In this document: positions 40,166 to 52,673 of the stretch, piece after piece
Layout: the number at the start of each line of letters is the position of its first letter
How positions within the stretch are numbered: position 1 is the stretch's first letter
Assembly: GCA_024137785.1 (NCBI GenBank)
Contig: JAHRHZ010000028.1
Location: forward strand, 27,631,847-27,695,846
Source: Ginglymostoma cirratum
Taxonomy: Eukaryota
Reading direction: 5' to 3'
Length of the DNA: 64,000 bases
The notes under the pieces: model-generated
Seen by the model: the letters and a program-made list of their open reading frames with translations, nothing else
What the model was told of the DNA's origin: nothing
Database searches by the model: none
Translations under genes and position numbers: made by a program

Positions 40166-41797
40166 ATTTATTAGTTCGGTGTACCAGATCGCTGGGGCTG
40201 AAAATATGTAGGTTCTTTTCTCCACTGTAATAATAGCCTGTTAGTGATACATTTGATCCCATTGGAATTCCATGGGCCAGCAACACTACACAGAAAGGTT
40301 GGGTGCTGTGTCTGTATCAACACAACTGAGGTATCTTGGTGGACACAAGGCTGCAAACTGTGACTTTGTTGTTGAACTGCAGAGTACATTCCTGGTCCCA
40401 GAAAGGAGGTTTTAAAAAAAACTTTTACTTGCTACAGCTTTACCCAACTGATGGCTCTCTTGCCTACCCTCCAGAAGAAAAGCCCTGCTTCAAAAAATAT
40501 ATTACAGTGTCAGGTAGTCAGTTCTTTATACTATTCTTTGGTCGGATGTAGGTGTAGCTCGCTGGAGCAGCATTTCTTACTCATGCCCAATTGCTGATGA
40601 GTTAGTGGCGTTGAATTGCCATCCTGAGCTGCCTCAGTCCGCAGGGGTCGGCATACCTACACAGCAGATAGGAAGGGACTTCCAGGATTTGACCCAGAAA
40701 CACTGAAGGAACAGCGATATGCTCCAAGTCAGAATGATTTTGGCTGGGAGAGGAACTTACAGGTAGTGGTTTTCCCCTGCGTCTGCTGCCCTTGTCCTCC
40801 AAATAGTGGAGGTCATGGGTTTAGAAGATGCTGTAAAAGGAGTATTCATGTTACCAGTAACATCTTCACCTGAGATGGCCCACTTTGAAGGGTCAGGTTT
40901 TGCTCAGCCCTCAGTCCCGCCTGCCAAACTTCAACATGCTGCTCAAACAGAAACAGAAATTGTTCGAAAAGCTCAGCAGGTCTGGCAGGATCTGTGAAGA
41001 GAAGTCAGAGTTAACGTTTTGGAGTCCAGTGACCGTTCCTTAGGACATTCCTCTGATGCAGCAAAAGCTGGAACAAGAAGAATCTGGCACAAATTCCAAT
41101 TGTGCCTGCTCCAGTAGTAGCCAAATACCATGGAAACATTTCTACTGCTGCAAACAAAACCTCCAAAATTTCTCTTGAAATGGTAGGAACCAGAAGAATC
41201 TTGAAAAGCAGAAAGAATTAAAAAATTATGTGAGAAGGCTTTTTGATTTAATGGTAGCTGATTAAGAAAGTTCGTAATGATCACATTAATTAGATTTTTC
41301 ATAGAAAAACTAAGTGACATGCTGAATAAAGCTGACAAATAAAAGGCCAAGAAATCCTTGGCTGGAAAGCCATCAGCACTGTAACAATTTTGCGATTCTG
41401 TGATATGAATCTTTGACTTGCAACAGGTAAATGCTGACCACATTCTCAGTTATTTTAACAAACACCTAACACAACTGGCTGAGTGAAGACTCTCATTACA
41501 TCTTAATCATTAACATTCCAATATCGTTGTAATTTCCACAATGACAAATTGATTATATGCATAATATTCTCCCGTCTATTGAATATACACTGAATATCTT
41601 CCTGCATTGTGAAAATCAAACTTTACAGAAAGCATTAAGCTTTAAGAGCACATCTCTATATAGCTATAGACAATAAAACATTGCACATTCCATCAAATAC
41701 AAGTAGCGTTTAAAACAGAACCTTTTTTACAAATGCCTGAAGAGAAAAGTAAAAAGGTAATCTCTCCAATTTGAATTTAGTCTATTTGTTTGCTTAC

Positions 41798-41846
41798 CCG
41801 ATAATGAAACTGCAATGAGGATGATAATAAATTCAATTACTTTCAT
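41798..41846 (-). CDS. Gene A (CD300/pIgR-like receptor) exon 1: signal peptide MKVIEFIIILIAVSLS
   Basis: ATG with A at -3 (TTAATCATG); hydrophobic 16-aa leader; phase-1 donor G|GTAAGC; joins in frame to the Ig exon at 26561, giving ...VSLSGSYG/LTAP (plausible cleavage site). Confidence 0.85.
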
Positions 41847-41951
41847 GATTAAAAAGGTCTGGCCAATATTGTGGACAGAATGCCTTATGTGCGGTCTGGT
41901 TTTATTCAGAATCTGTGGTCTCCCTCCTGTCTGATAGACAGAATTCATGGA

Positions 41952-42165
41952 CTTAGCAATAATGAAATGTTTGCCATAGATTGCGCAAAAGTCATTGCAA
42001 GATTATCTATTACACAAGGTAATGCTGTAAATGTCATGCCATGTTTTTAGTGATTTCAGACTTTGTCATATCAGGTGATCTTCTAATATTTGCTCATTTA
42101 CATCTGATACCCGTGTTTTGCAGACCCAATCACAACCAGTACCTGCCTTGAAGTTCTTGCATAAT
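41952..42165 (-). promoter_or_regulatory. Candidate gene A proximal promoter with clustered C/EBP-type sites
   Basis: ATTGCGCAA 41980-41988, ATTGCAAGAT 41994-42003, TTACACAA 42010-42017, TTGCATAAT 42157-42165, CTTAGCAAT 41952-41960; CCAATCA at ~42126; GATA site 42003-42008; 105-320 bp upstream of the ATG. Confidence 0.5.
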
Positions 42166-43308
42166 TAGAATCACTGTCACATCTCAGCACGTTTGGAAAG
42201 TAAAATTAAAAGTCATGCACTCAGAGCAGGTGTTTGTAAAGTTTGAATTTAATAAAGAAAAAAATGCAGTAATTTCAACGAGTAATAAATTCGTCACACA
42301 AATACAATAAAGAAACAGATATCTGGGAGTTAGCAATCCTTCACCAACCACATATTTAAATAAAAAGAAGTGTTAGCATGCCATTAGTACCTCGGTAAAC
42401 ACATCTGCTAAATTGTTTATGCCTTACTAAGTTCGTTGAATTTAACCATCCTACTTCAAAAGTCAGAAATTGTTATACAAGACATTTCTAAACAAACCGT
42501 TTGAATTTATACAGTTTTACTTCAAGAATGACAGAACAAATAGGATTCCAAACTTCCATTTATACAGTTGTAGTCTTTAATTTTGTTTAAGTGCCTGGGA
42601 ACAATTATTCATTACTTCAACTCAGTTGAAGTTTATAGCACACACTTCATTATCTCCCATAGCATTTCTCTAAAATTTCACATCATTTTACTGTCTATTC
42701 ATCCTGTTAAAATGATCAGAGTTAAAGGTGAAGAATATGTTCAGCCTTGGTATTGCTGGATGATAAATTATAAATATTCACTTCATTCTCAGCCTCTGGT
42801 TGATTGTGTATTTGACACCGTACTTGTTTCCTTTTTTACAATGCTACAGTCACATTTAAGGTTTGAAATAAGTTCAGCTCAGTAATTATTGGCCAGTTGG
42901 GTGAAGGATTGTTGACAATGAGGACCAAGACCATAAAGTAAAGTAAAAGCAAATTCTACTTAGTAGTGATTTACGTAGATGCCAATAGGCTGTGAGTTCT
43001 TGAATGTTGGCACCCTCCAATTATGCCAATTGCTGACATTGTGTTAACGACATTGGGCTAGATTTTGCATTCAGTGCAAAGTAATGCCACCAGACATTGG
43101 TTAGCCACTAAGAAACAAATTCCCACTGTTTATATTGTGGGCTTTCCTTTTTCCAAAGGCAATTTAAACATGACTTCAGGTCAAAGGAATCTCCAAGAAT
43201 GTAGCAGCAGTCTCAGAAACAGAGGAGGCAGCCAATCCTTTAGATGTATTCTCACACAAAAAACCCCAGGAATTTAAAAGCACTAAACCACTTAACTTTT
43301 ATTTCAAA

Positions 43309-43665
43309 TGAGGTTGCTGACTTGCTCGCCGAGCTGGCTTGTTTTCATTCAGATATTTCATCACCATGCGAGGTGACATCATCAGTGAGGCCTCCAATGA
43401 AGTGATGTTGTTTTACTCTGCTTGGAATTTGTACCTCTGGTCTGTTATGGTAAGTACTGTTATTTCTGGTTTTCGTTCTGTATGGGTTTGTATATGGCAC
43501 CATAACGGACCAGACAGTATAAATTCCAAGCAGAGTAGAACAGCATCGCTTCATTGGAGGCCTCACTGATGATGTCACCTAGCATGGTGATGAAATATCT
43601 GAACGAAATCAAGCCAGCTCAGTGAACAAGTTGGCAACCTCACCCACAACCCGAGCTACAAATCT
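43309..43665. repeat. Large inverted repeat of a second Penelope-type terminal repeat with two intact hammerhead cores
   Basis: ~140-bp arms (43309-43450 / 43500-43641); CA-CUGAUGA-U-GUCACC-N6-GGUGAU-GAAA-UA-UC-UG at 43564-43601 (+) and 43350-43387 (-). Confidence 0.85.
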
Positions 43666-44778
43666 TTGCTAAAACTTTTTTGTTTTAAATTTCAAATGTT
43701 TAGACAGCAGAATAAATGATTGTTATTGAATTTTGATAGAAGTTTAAATGTCACTATTATAAAACTTATGTTTTTTTTCTGTTGAAAATTTGTAATTCCA
43801 CAAATTTAAAATTGGCTTTCAAGGGCCAGTGATGGTGTTTCGTAAGAATTACAAAGTTTGTATGGTTGTTTAAAACCCATCTCACAGACCAAAATGTAAT
43901 TTTGTCAGGAACAAAAAATGGATGTTGCTGACTTGCAGCATCCACAGTTCTTTCGGATTTTACGTAATTTTGTTTGGTTTTTACAGAGAGGCTAACATCT
44001 CAAAAGTGGAGCTTTTCATTTGACCAATTGCTTAGGGATTATACACCGGGGCAGCTGAGCAGCTCTCTTCATGGAGAAGCATAGAATTATTGACAATCAT
44101 TTCTGGATTTCTGTGTTACCCTCTGCATGTGTGGACTCCAAATTTGTTGTAAGTTTCAATGCAGTAATGATGAAGAAAGCTGACAGATTTGCCAACATTA
44201 CTACTGCAAAATTCAAACCATTAGCATCCTCATCAATTGTTATCTGGATTAATCACCAACCTTACATGAAGGTAATCCTAAACTGGTTCATCCTTCATGG
44301 TTGCTGGACAAATGTATCTACACAATATGATGTTGAGTTGTGGGGAAATTCTTTTCTACCCTAAATATATTAAGAAAATCTAACATTGTTACATTTTGCA
44401 CGGTTTACACCTTAAAACTAATCTGGAAGATGTTGTTTAATGTAAAAATAATCATGTGCAAATTAGAATATTGTTTTTGTCAATGAACCTGTTAGAACTG
44501 CATGGGGTTTAGAAAACAAAACAGGCAGTTTCACTCCATGTGAATCTTGGCCCACTCTGTTTACTTCCATTGCATCTTATCAACAATCCTTCTGTTCATT
44601 CATTTAACTAGCACCTCCTTAAAAACATCCATACAATTTATGAGAGTCACTTAATGTGCTAACAAATTTCATATTCTCACCATTCAATAGCTCATAAATG
44701 TTCAAGATTTTTTTTCGCAATGCCTATTATGATCAAAATATAAATTACTCCATCTTTTCCTGTTCAGATGTGGATTTA

Positions 44779-44885
44779 CAGTCCCAATTACAATACTCTA
44801 GAGTGGTGTCAACACCAGTCAGTCCCAATTGCACTACTCTAGAGTGAAGTTAACATCAGTCAGTTCCAATTGTAATATTCTGGAA
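44779..44885 (+). repeat. 41-bp tandem repeat (~2.6 copies)
   Basis: CAGTCCCAATT.CA.TACTCTAGAGTG... units start at 44779, 44820, 44861. Confidence 0.8.
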
Positions 44886-45834
44886 AAGCATTAGCACTGC
44901 TCCTAGTCACACAATATTATTGAGTGGAACAAAGGCCATGCACAATTGATCATAGCTACATTATGCTCAATACTCTGAGCATCTTTAAAACAGAATGTAA
45001 CCTTGACAACAGGACTCCATTTATTACATGCTACCAGTGTTAAATAAAAATTGGACAAACCAGCAGTAGTTTCAATGGTGGTGAGTGATAAAGCATTATT
45101 GTGAACAATGCTGTTTGACAGCAATAATTCTGTATGAATTGCTACAGAAAGAATTATTGCTACTTCACACAGAATTTTAAAAACATTTAAAGACCAACTT
45201 TGCATTATTTCATCCACAGATAGTGAATAGAAAGGAAGGAATTACAGTTGTGTACATTGTCCTGTCTTGTTCTGGTGCTGTATATGTCTGAATACCACAG
45301 TCACAAGACATAAGAATATAAGATTTGCCCATCAACATCTGTGGTTCACCCATCCATCCATCACTGATAAAAAGAGGACTTGCCCTTTTTTGTTAGTTTT
45401 CTCCTGCCTTTGAAAAAATGGCCAGCATTTTACCAGAGTGAGGATAACTGCATACCAATGCTCTCTCTAATTTTTCAATGTTGTGTGCAGCCCTTTGACA
45501 TTTCTCTGCAGCCATGTGCTTGAACACTTTAGAGGGAACATTGCTGGCAAGTTCAGGAGTCAGTAATGCTGAGTATAATGTTGCAGGTTATATGTTCAGG
45601 GGAACATGATAGGCCATTCAGCCCCCTAACCTGCTGTGCCATTCAATTGAATCATGGCTGATCTGTATCTTAGCTCCATCAACTTCCCATTCTTCATTTG
45701 ATTAAAACAGTATAAGGAACTAACCTGATTCTCCATGTTCATTGCCAGTTCACAACAATGCTTTTTAAACTAAATTGTTAAACATTTCAAAGAATATTCA
45801 TTTGCCTACCCATAAGTCAGGGTAAAATTAAAAC

Positions 45835-45840
45835 TTTATT
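45835..45840 (-). terminator. Candidate polyadenylation signal AATAAA for gene B
   Basis: Minus-strand AATAAA about 520 nt after the stop. Confidence 0.35.
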
Positions 45841-46362
45841 ACTGTTCTGCATAAAAATCTGTCAATCTCAATTATGAGTATTTAGATTAACCTCTACCTC
45901 AATACCCTTTTGGAAGATATAATTCCATATTTCCACCCCACCCCCCACTTCATTTAAAAAACTGATTCCTTGAAAAGGAAGTAAAGAAAAGAGCGAAATA
46001 AAAAGCATTAGCTCAGAAATTCCCAGTTCTAAATTTAATATTCTGCTTCCTTGCCCTGGCCAACAACTCACCTACTAGCTGGCTTCCCACACCCCCCAAA
46101 ACGTGTTCCCAACCATCCCTCCGACTTGAGGAAGTAGGGTAGACAGCGAGACAAAAATGGGCACCTGACAGCAAGGATTCACGCCATTGGCAAATATCAG
46201 AAAAATTCAGGAATACTGCCTGGGATTTTTCCAATATGCACTAGCTGGACATAAGGAGGCAACTTATACTCATACCCTAATGGAACAATTTACAATTTGC
46301 AGGAATATAACTCTTCAGAAAATGGGTGGAAGGTAGCTTGCAGACACTCTGATGGAAGAACA

Positions 46363-46554
46363 TTATTTTTTGAATATAACTGTTGAATACTCTGTTGGTT
46401 CTGAAGCAGGAGGCTCGGCAACAGCTGGCTTGATTGCTTCCTGACTGTTGGAGGTTCTCAGCTTCTCGAGAGCAGCAGAATCGTCCTGAGGATGATTATT
46501 GGGCTGAATCGTCACAGTGGCATATGTAACTCCTTCTTCCAACTCCTTTGACAA
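46363..46554 (-). CDS. Gene B terminal exon with ITIM (VTYATV) and ITSM (TEYSTV)
   Basis: Phase-0 acceptor CTTTATCTTCAG; LSKELEEGVTYATV...SEPTEYSTVIFKK*. Confidence 0.9.
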   Translation of the reverse strand: MSKELEEGVTYATVTIQPNNHPQDDSAALEKLRTSNSQEAIKPAVAEPPASEPTEYSTVIFKK

Positions 46555-46952
46555 CTGAAGATAAAGTGTTTATGATATGGTTGAGGAAAACAAAGGGATG
46601 AGTCAATTCATTATAAAAGCACATGAATGGAAAGGTCAGGTGTAAAGTGACCGCTTCTATTTTAGAAAATATACTAGCTGTAAAACTCTGTCAGTAACTA
46701 AGCAAGGAAACTGCTCCTTGTGTTAATTATTAACTTTGTTTCTGGGAAGAGTATTAACCATTCCAGTGCTACTTTTTATACTCAAGGGATCCTGGGCAAG
46801 GGGTCATCATGGTCACTCTGCACGTGGAGGGTCCCTGGTTCAAAGACCAGTCAGAAACCATGTTAAAACTTGAACATCCACGTATGAGGAAAGGATGGGT
46901 TACTCTCCTTCATTGGGATCTGATGATACATTGTTAGTTCCCAGCCTCTGGG

Positions 46953-48770
46953 TATAGAGTCATAGATTTATACAGCATGGATAAAGAACCTACTCTTTGG
47001 TTCAACTTGTTGGTGCCGACCAAACATTTCAATCTGATCTAGTCCCATTTGCCAGCATTTAGCCCATATCCCTCTAAGCCCTTCCAATTTGCATACTCTT
47101 CCAGATACAGTTTAAATATTGTATTTGTACTTCCTCTAACAGCTTGTTCCATACACGCATTACCCTCTGCATGAAAACGTTACCCCTTAGGTCCTTTTTA
47201 AATCTTTTCCCTTCTCACTTTAAACTTATGTCCTCTAGGTTTGGACTCCCCACCCTAGGAAAAAGACCTCGGCTAATTGTCCTATCCGTGCCCCTCATGA
47301 TTCCATAAATCTCTATAAGGTAACCCCTCAGCCTCTGATAAACCAGGGAAAATAGCCCCAGCCTATTCAGCCTCTCCCTATAACTCAAACCCTCCAGTCC
47401 TGACAACATCCTTGTAAACGTTTTTGCACCCTTGCAAGTTTACCGGCATCCTTCCTATAGAAAGGCAACTAGAATTGTATGAAGTATTCAAAAAAATGGC
47501 CTCACCAATGTTCTGTACAGCCACAAAATTACATCCCAACTCCTATACACATTGATATGACCAATGTGCCAAACAATTGCCTCACCACCACTTTCAAGGA
47601 ACAATGCACCTGCACCCCTAGGTCTCTTTGTTTGGCAACACTCCCGGGGCCCTACCATTAACTGTATAAGTACTGCCTAGGTTTGCCTTATCAAAATGCA
47701 ATACCTCATATTTATCTAAATTAAGCTCCATCTACCACTCCTCAGCTTATTGGCCCATCTGATCAAGGTCCCAATTGTACTCTGACATAGCCTTTTTCAC
47801 CATCTACCGCACGACCTATTTTAGTATCATCTGCAAACTTACCAACCATACCTCCTATATTCTCATCCAAATCAAATACATTAATGACAAAAAATCAGAG
47901 GATCCAGCATTGATCCCTATGGCTGACTACTGGTCACAAACCTCCAGTCCAAAAGGCACCCTCCATCACCACCCTTGGTCTCCTAATTTCAGGCCAATTT
48001 TGCATCCAGTTGGTTAGTACCTTCAGGATCCCATGTGATCTAACCTTGCTAATCAGTCTACCATGCCTTGTTGAACATTTGCTGATGTCCATGTAGACAA
48101 CATCTAGTGCTTTGTCTTCTTCAATCTTCTTTGCCACCTCTCTGAAAAACTCAATCAAGTTCATGAGACATGATTTCCCACAAACAAAACGCAATGATTA
48201 TCCCTAATCAGTTCTTGCCTTTCCAAATGCATATAAATCCTGTCCCTCAGAATTGCCGCCAACAGCTTTCCCACCACTGATGTCAAGCTCACCGGTCTAT
48301 TGGCTTTTCCTTCAAGCCTTTCTTAAATAATTAGCACTGCATTAGCCAATCTCGAGACTTCCGGTACCTCACCCGTGCGTATTGATGATACAAATATCTC
48401 AGCAAGGGGCCCAACGATCTCTTCTCTAGCTTCTCACAAAGTTCTGGAGCTGATCAGTTCATGGAAATTTATCTAGCTTTATGCACTTTAAGACCTCCAG
48501 CACCTCTTCTGTAAGATGAACTCTTTTCAAGACATCTCTATTTATTTCCCCAAGTTCTGTAACTTCCATGTGCTGCTTTACACTAAATACTGAAGCAAAA
48601 TATTTGTTTAATGTCTCACCCACCACCTGTGGCTCCACACGTAGACGGCCACATTGATGGGGCTCTATTCTCTCTCTAGTTACTCTTTTGCTCTTAATGT
48701 AGTTCTAGAATCTCTTTAACTCTACTTGCCAAAGCTATCTCATGTCCTGTTTCTGCCCTCCTGACCCACA
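46953..48770 (-). mobile_element. CR1 LINE, 5'-truncated
   Basis: ORFs 47215-47409 and 47934-48194 (GKSCLMNLIEFF..DVVYMD..HGRLISKVRSHGI); similar to 13816-15380. Confidence 0.9.
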
Positions 48771-49609
48771 TGTTCCAAAGATTTGATTAAAATGACTATA
48801 ATTGGCACAACTTCTTTCACAGTTTAAGATATGAGAACTCAGTGGGTTGAAAGGCCTCGTTTTAGTTCGACTCCATAAAAAATATCTTAGCGATTGACCT
48901 GGTTGCATGTGCTACAGGGCATATATCTTAGCTTCAAAGTTGTTTCCAACTAAGAAGAGCCTAGGCTTCAAAACTTAGATCAGGCCTAGCTTGGAAACTT
49001 CCACAACAGATGGTGGAATCAGAAATAAAGGGAGGAATCTTGAAGCTGAGAGATCTCCCAAATGTGGAAGGTAGGGAAGAGAGAGAGTTTTCCACTATTT
49101 TTATGAACCACCATTCCACCCACAGGACTCTCTGCGTCAAGGGAGTAAGTTGACAAGCAGTGGTTATATTATCCTCTTAATATTTGCCAATATATGTCCA
49201 GGAGGTTTCAGCAGCTTGTGACCCAGAGAAGTATCAGAGAAAGGCCTGAAGCAGCACAAGGACGGATGCCCACTCCTGAGGAGGAGCTGTACCACACTCG
49301 AACCATCAACTCTATTCTATCTCCACAGATGCTGCCAGACCTGCTGAGTTTGCCCAGCATTCTCTCTGTTTGTTTCAGATTTCTGGCATCTGAAGCATTT
49401 CATTTTATTTGAGGGATTACCTCCCGTCTGCTACCACCCAGCCAGGGGTAAAATGCCAGCTGGTCACTGGTGTGCACCTCTCCCACTCAGTTAAATCCAG
49501 ACAGTATTAATTGTTTTAACTGCTTTTTTCTCCCTCGAGCCTCCCGCTTTGCCTGCACCATAATTTTACTAGTTGTGCATTTAAAGTCCTCTATTAAGAC
49601 CATGAGGAA

Positions 49610-50430
49610 TAGGAACAGGCCATTCAAACCTGCTTCAACATTCGATAGGATCATGGCTGATTTAACATTCCTCATGTCCACTTTCCTGCCATTTTTCCAT
49701 AACCCTTGATTCCCCGACTCATCAGGAATCTACTTCAGCCTTAAATATACTCAAAGACTATGCCCCCACTGATCTCTGTGCCAAGGAGTTCCAAAGACTC
49801 ACAATTCTCTAGAAGAAATTCCTTCCAATTCAGTCTTAAATTTTCACCCTTTCAGTCTTAAATTTTCACCCCTTTATTCTGAGACTATGCCCCTTGGTAG
49901 TAGCACAGTGGTTACCACTGTTTCCTCACAGTGCTATAAACCTGGGTGCAACCCTAGGCTGGTTAACTGTGTGGAGTTTGTATGTTCTCCTGCATCTGCG
50001 TGGGTTTCCATCGGGTGTTCCAGTCTCCTCCCACAGTCCAAAGATATGCAGGTTAGGGTGGTTTGGCCATGCTAAATTGTCCATAGTGTCCAGGGATGTG
50101 CAGGCTAGGTGGAATAGCCATGGCAAATATGGGGTACAGGGATAGGGTGGGTGGTGTTGGTCTGAGTGGGATGCTCTTTGGATGGCCAGTGCAGACTTGA
50201 TGGGCCAATTGGCCTCTACCACCTCAGTACAGAGTCAATGATGAGGGGAAACATCCGCTCAGCATTTACGCTGCCAAGGCCCTTAGAATCCTATATGTTT
50301 CAATGAGATCACCAGTAAGTAGAGTCACAAGTTATTTAGCCTTCACTCATGTGAAAATCCCTCCACACCAGGTATCATCCTAGTGAAGCTTCTTTCAATT
50401 GCCTCTAATGAAACCATATCTTTCATTTAA
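49610..50430. mobile_element. CR1 3' fragment (-) with nested HE1-like SINE (+, 49897-50235)
   Basis: CR1 tail continues on both sides of a GTAGCACAGTGGTTACCACTG..CCTCACAG SINE. Confidence 0.75.
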
Positions 50431-50877
50431 TAAGGGACCAGCTTGGGGCTGGCACCTTGTGTGATGCCTTCCCTGTTACAGGTAAAACCATGGTGGGGGC
50501 AAGGGCTACACTCCTGTACATTAAAACCCATCAGCTGAGGAGTGTAAAGTTCAGCCCTAGATCTGCAACCTTTCCCTGTGTACTCAACATTGCTGTCGCT
50601 TCTTCCATTCCTTTGATCAACAAAAACATAGCAACATTTCATATTTGGTACAAACAATTGAACTAGCATTAATCGCCACCGGCTGAGATTTCCAAATTTC
50701 CCCCAACCACTGTGTGCAGAAACATTTCTAAACATAACTTCCGAAAGACCTGGCTCGAAGGATCTTCAGATGAATGCATAAAGCATGCATATCTATCGTG
50801 TCCACACATCACTTCATAGGTCAGCGGGTTCCACAAGTATTAAAACACACAGCATTGTCAACAAGTTGCAGCCTTAC

Positions 50878-50933
50878 CACAGAGTTTGACTTTGGGATAG
50901 AATTTTCTATTGTTGATTCCTTCTCTCTGCTAT
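50878..50933 (-). CDS. Gene B cytoplasmic exon DSREKESTIENSIPKSNSV
   Basis: 56-nt phase 1-0 exon; acceptor GCATTTTTTTTAG, donor GTAAGG; paralogous to 11166-11221. Confidence 0.85.
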
Positions 50934-52057
50934 CTAAAAAAAATGCAAACATAAAGGTCATGAATAAAATGGAAGGAAGAACTGTTTTCAATTTATAACT
51001 GTAGCTGCTTCTTAAAACTAAATTGCACATTCTGATTTCCCAATTCAACATTAGACGAAACACTGGGATAAACAAGAGTATTAAGGCAATTTTGGAAAAG
51101 CAACGGGTAATTACTTCATAAGTTGCAGAAAAATTTCGTGAAAACATCATCTCATAATTAATTACATAAAAAACTGGAAAATTAAAACTGGTTTGCATTA
51201 GTTACTTGTTAGGTAAAACATTTCCAAGCTATGTCAGGCAGTTGTATTGAATCTTATTGTACATCCTGATATTGCTTCACTGTTCAATCACTTTCCATTA
51301 ACATAAAATTAAATACAATTCATTTTGTATTTAGCTCCTGGTAAAGTTAATTTTTTTCTGACTACATTAACATATTATATTTCTCTTAAATATTAGTTTT
51401 TCTATCAGCTTGCCTCAGCTCATTTTCCAAGGCTAGATTTAAAACATACCCATTGGAAAGATTAGTTCTGTTATCGAAATTAACCAATTTCCAACTCCAC
51501 TGGAATCAATAGAAATGAAAGTACATGATCTCTGAAATGGGTGACAACTTTGCATTACTACTTGCCACGTATGGTTGGTGAGTAGAAATGTTTTTCTTTA
51601 GTGCATGTTACCTCTAAAATCATGTATGTATGTGGCTGTGCAGCAGGCTGGATGTTACTACATAGCTTTGTCCTATGTTAACACAATTGTGCATAAATCG
51701 TATACAGGTATTGTGCCATTGAAAGAAACTAGTCTTGCACAAGTGTAATATTTTCCACAGTCTTAGTTATTTCTGTTTCTCCACTCTCATTTTGTTTGCT
51801 TTGCATCCTTTGCCTTTCACCGTGAGGCTGTCTCACATTTTCCCCTCGCTGTTGTTTTGGCATCTTGAGACTTGTGTAAATCAAGATGATATCACTGATC
51901 AAATGACTCTGACATCAATAAGAATGATGAATGAGCATGTAAAGAGAGCTATATTTGAGAACATGCTATGTGTAGATGTAAACAAAGGAGTGTGACAGAA
52001 AATAAGGAGTTGCAGAGCCTTGAGTAGAGATAAGATCAGACAACCTCAGAGACTGCA

Positions 52058-52673
52058 GATAACAAGGTGTAGAGCTGGATGAACACAACAGGCCAAGCAG
52101 CATCAGAGGAGCAGGAAAGCTGATGTTTCGGGTCTGGACCCTTCTTCAGAAATGGGGGAGGGGAAGGGGATTCTGAAATAAAGAGAGAAAGAGGGGGAGG
52201 CAGATGGAAGATGGATAAAGGAGCAGATAGTTGGAGAGGAGACGGACAGGTCAAGGAGGCGGGGATGGAGCCAGTAAAGGTGATTGTAGGTGGGGAGTTA
52301 GGGAGGGTGTTGGTCAGCCCAGGGAAGATGGACAGGTCAAGGGGGCGGGGATGAGGTTGGTAGGTAGGAGGCGGGGGTGGGGCTTGAGGTGGGAGGAGTG
52401 GATAGGTGGGAGAAAGGATGGACAGGTTAGGGAGGCAGGGACGAGCTGGGCTGGTTTTGGAATGCGGTCGGGGGAGGGGAGATTTTGAAGCTTGTGAAGT
52501 CCACATTGATACCATTGGGCTGCAGGTTTCCCAAGCGAAATATGAGGTGCTGTTCCTGCAACCTTTGGGTGGCATCGTTGTGGCACTGGAGGAGGCCCAG
52601 GATGGACATGTCGTCCAAGAAGTGGGAGGGGGAGCTGCTGTGGTTCGCGACTTGGAAGTGCAGATGTTTGTCG
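52058..52673 (-). mobile_element. Penelope-like element, 5'-truncated, with 13-bp TSD and hammerhead motif
   Basis: ORF 52427-52699 VANH..SH..LQEQHLIFRLGNLQPNGIN (GIY-YIG region C-terminus); TSD CTCAGAGACTGCA 52045-52057 / 52674-52686; CUGAAGA-A-GGGUC-CA-GACCC-GAAA-CA-UC at ~52121-52152. Confidence 0.88.

Noticed and set aside
44779-44885. Repeat array as CRISPR-like
   Set aside because: Eukaryotic context; simple 41-bp tandem duplication without unique spacers
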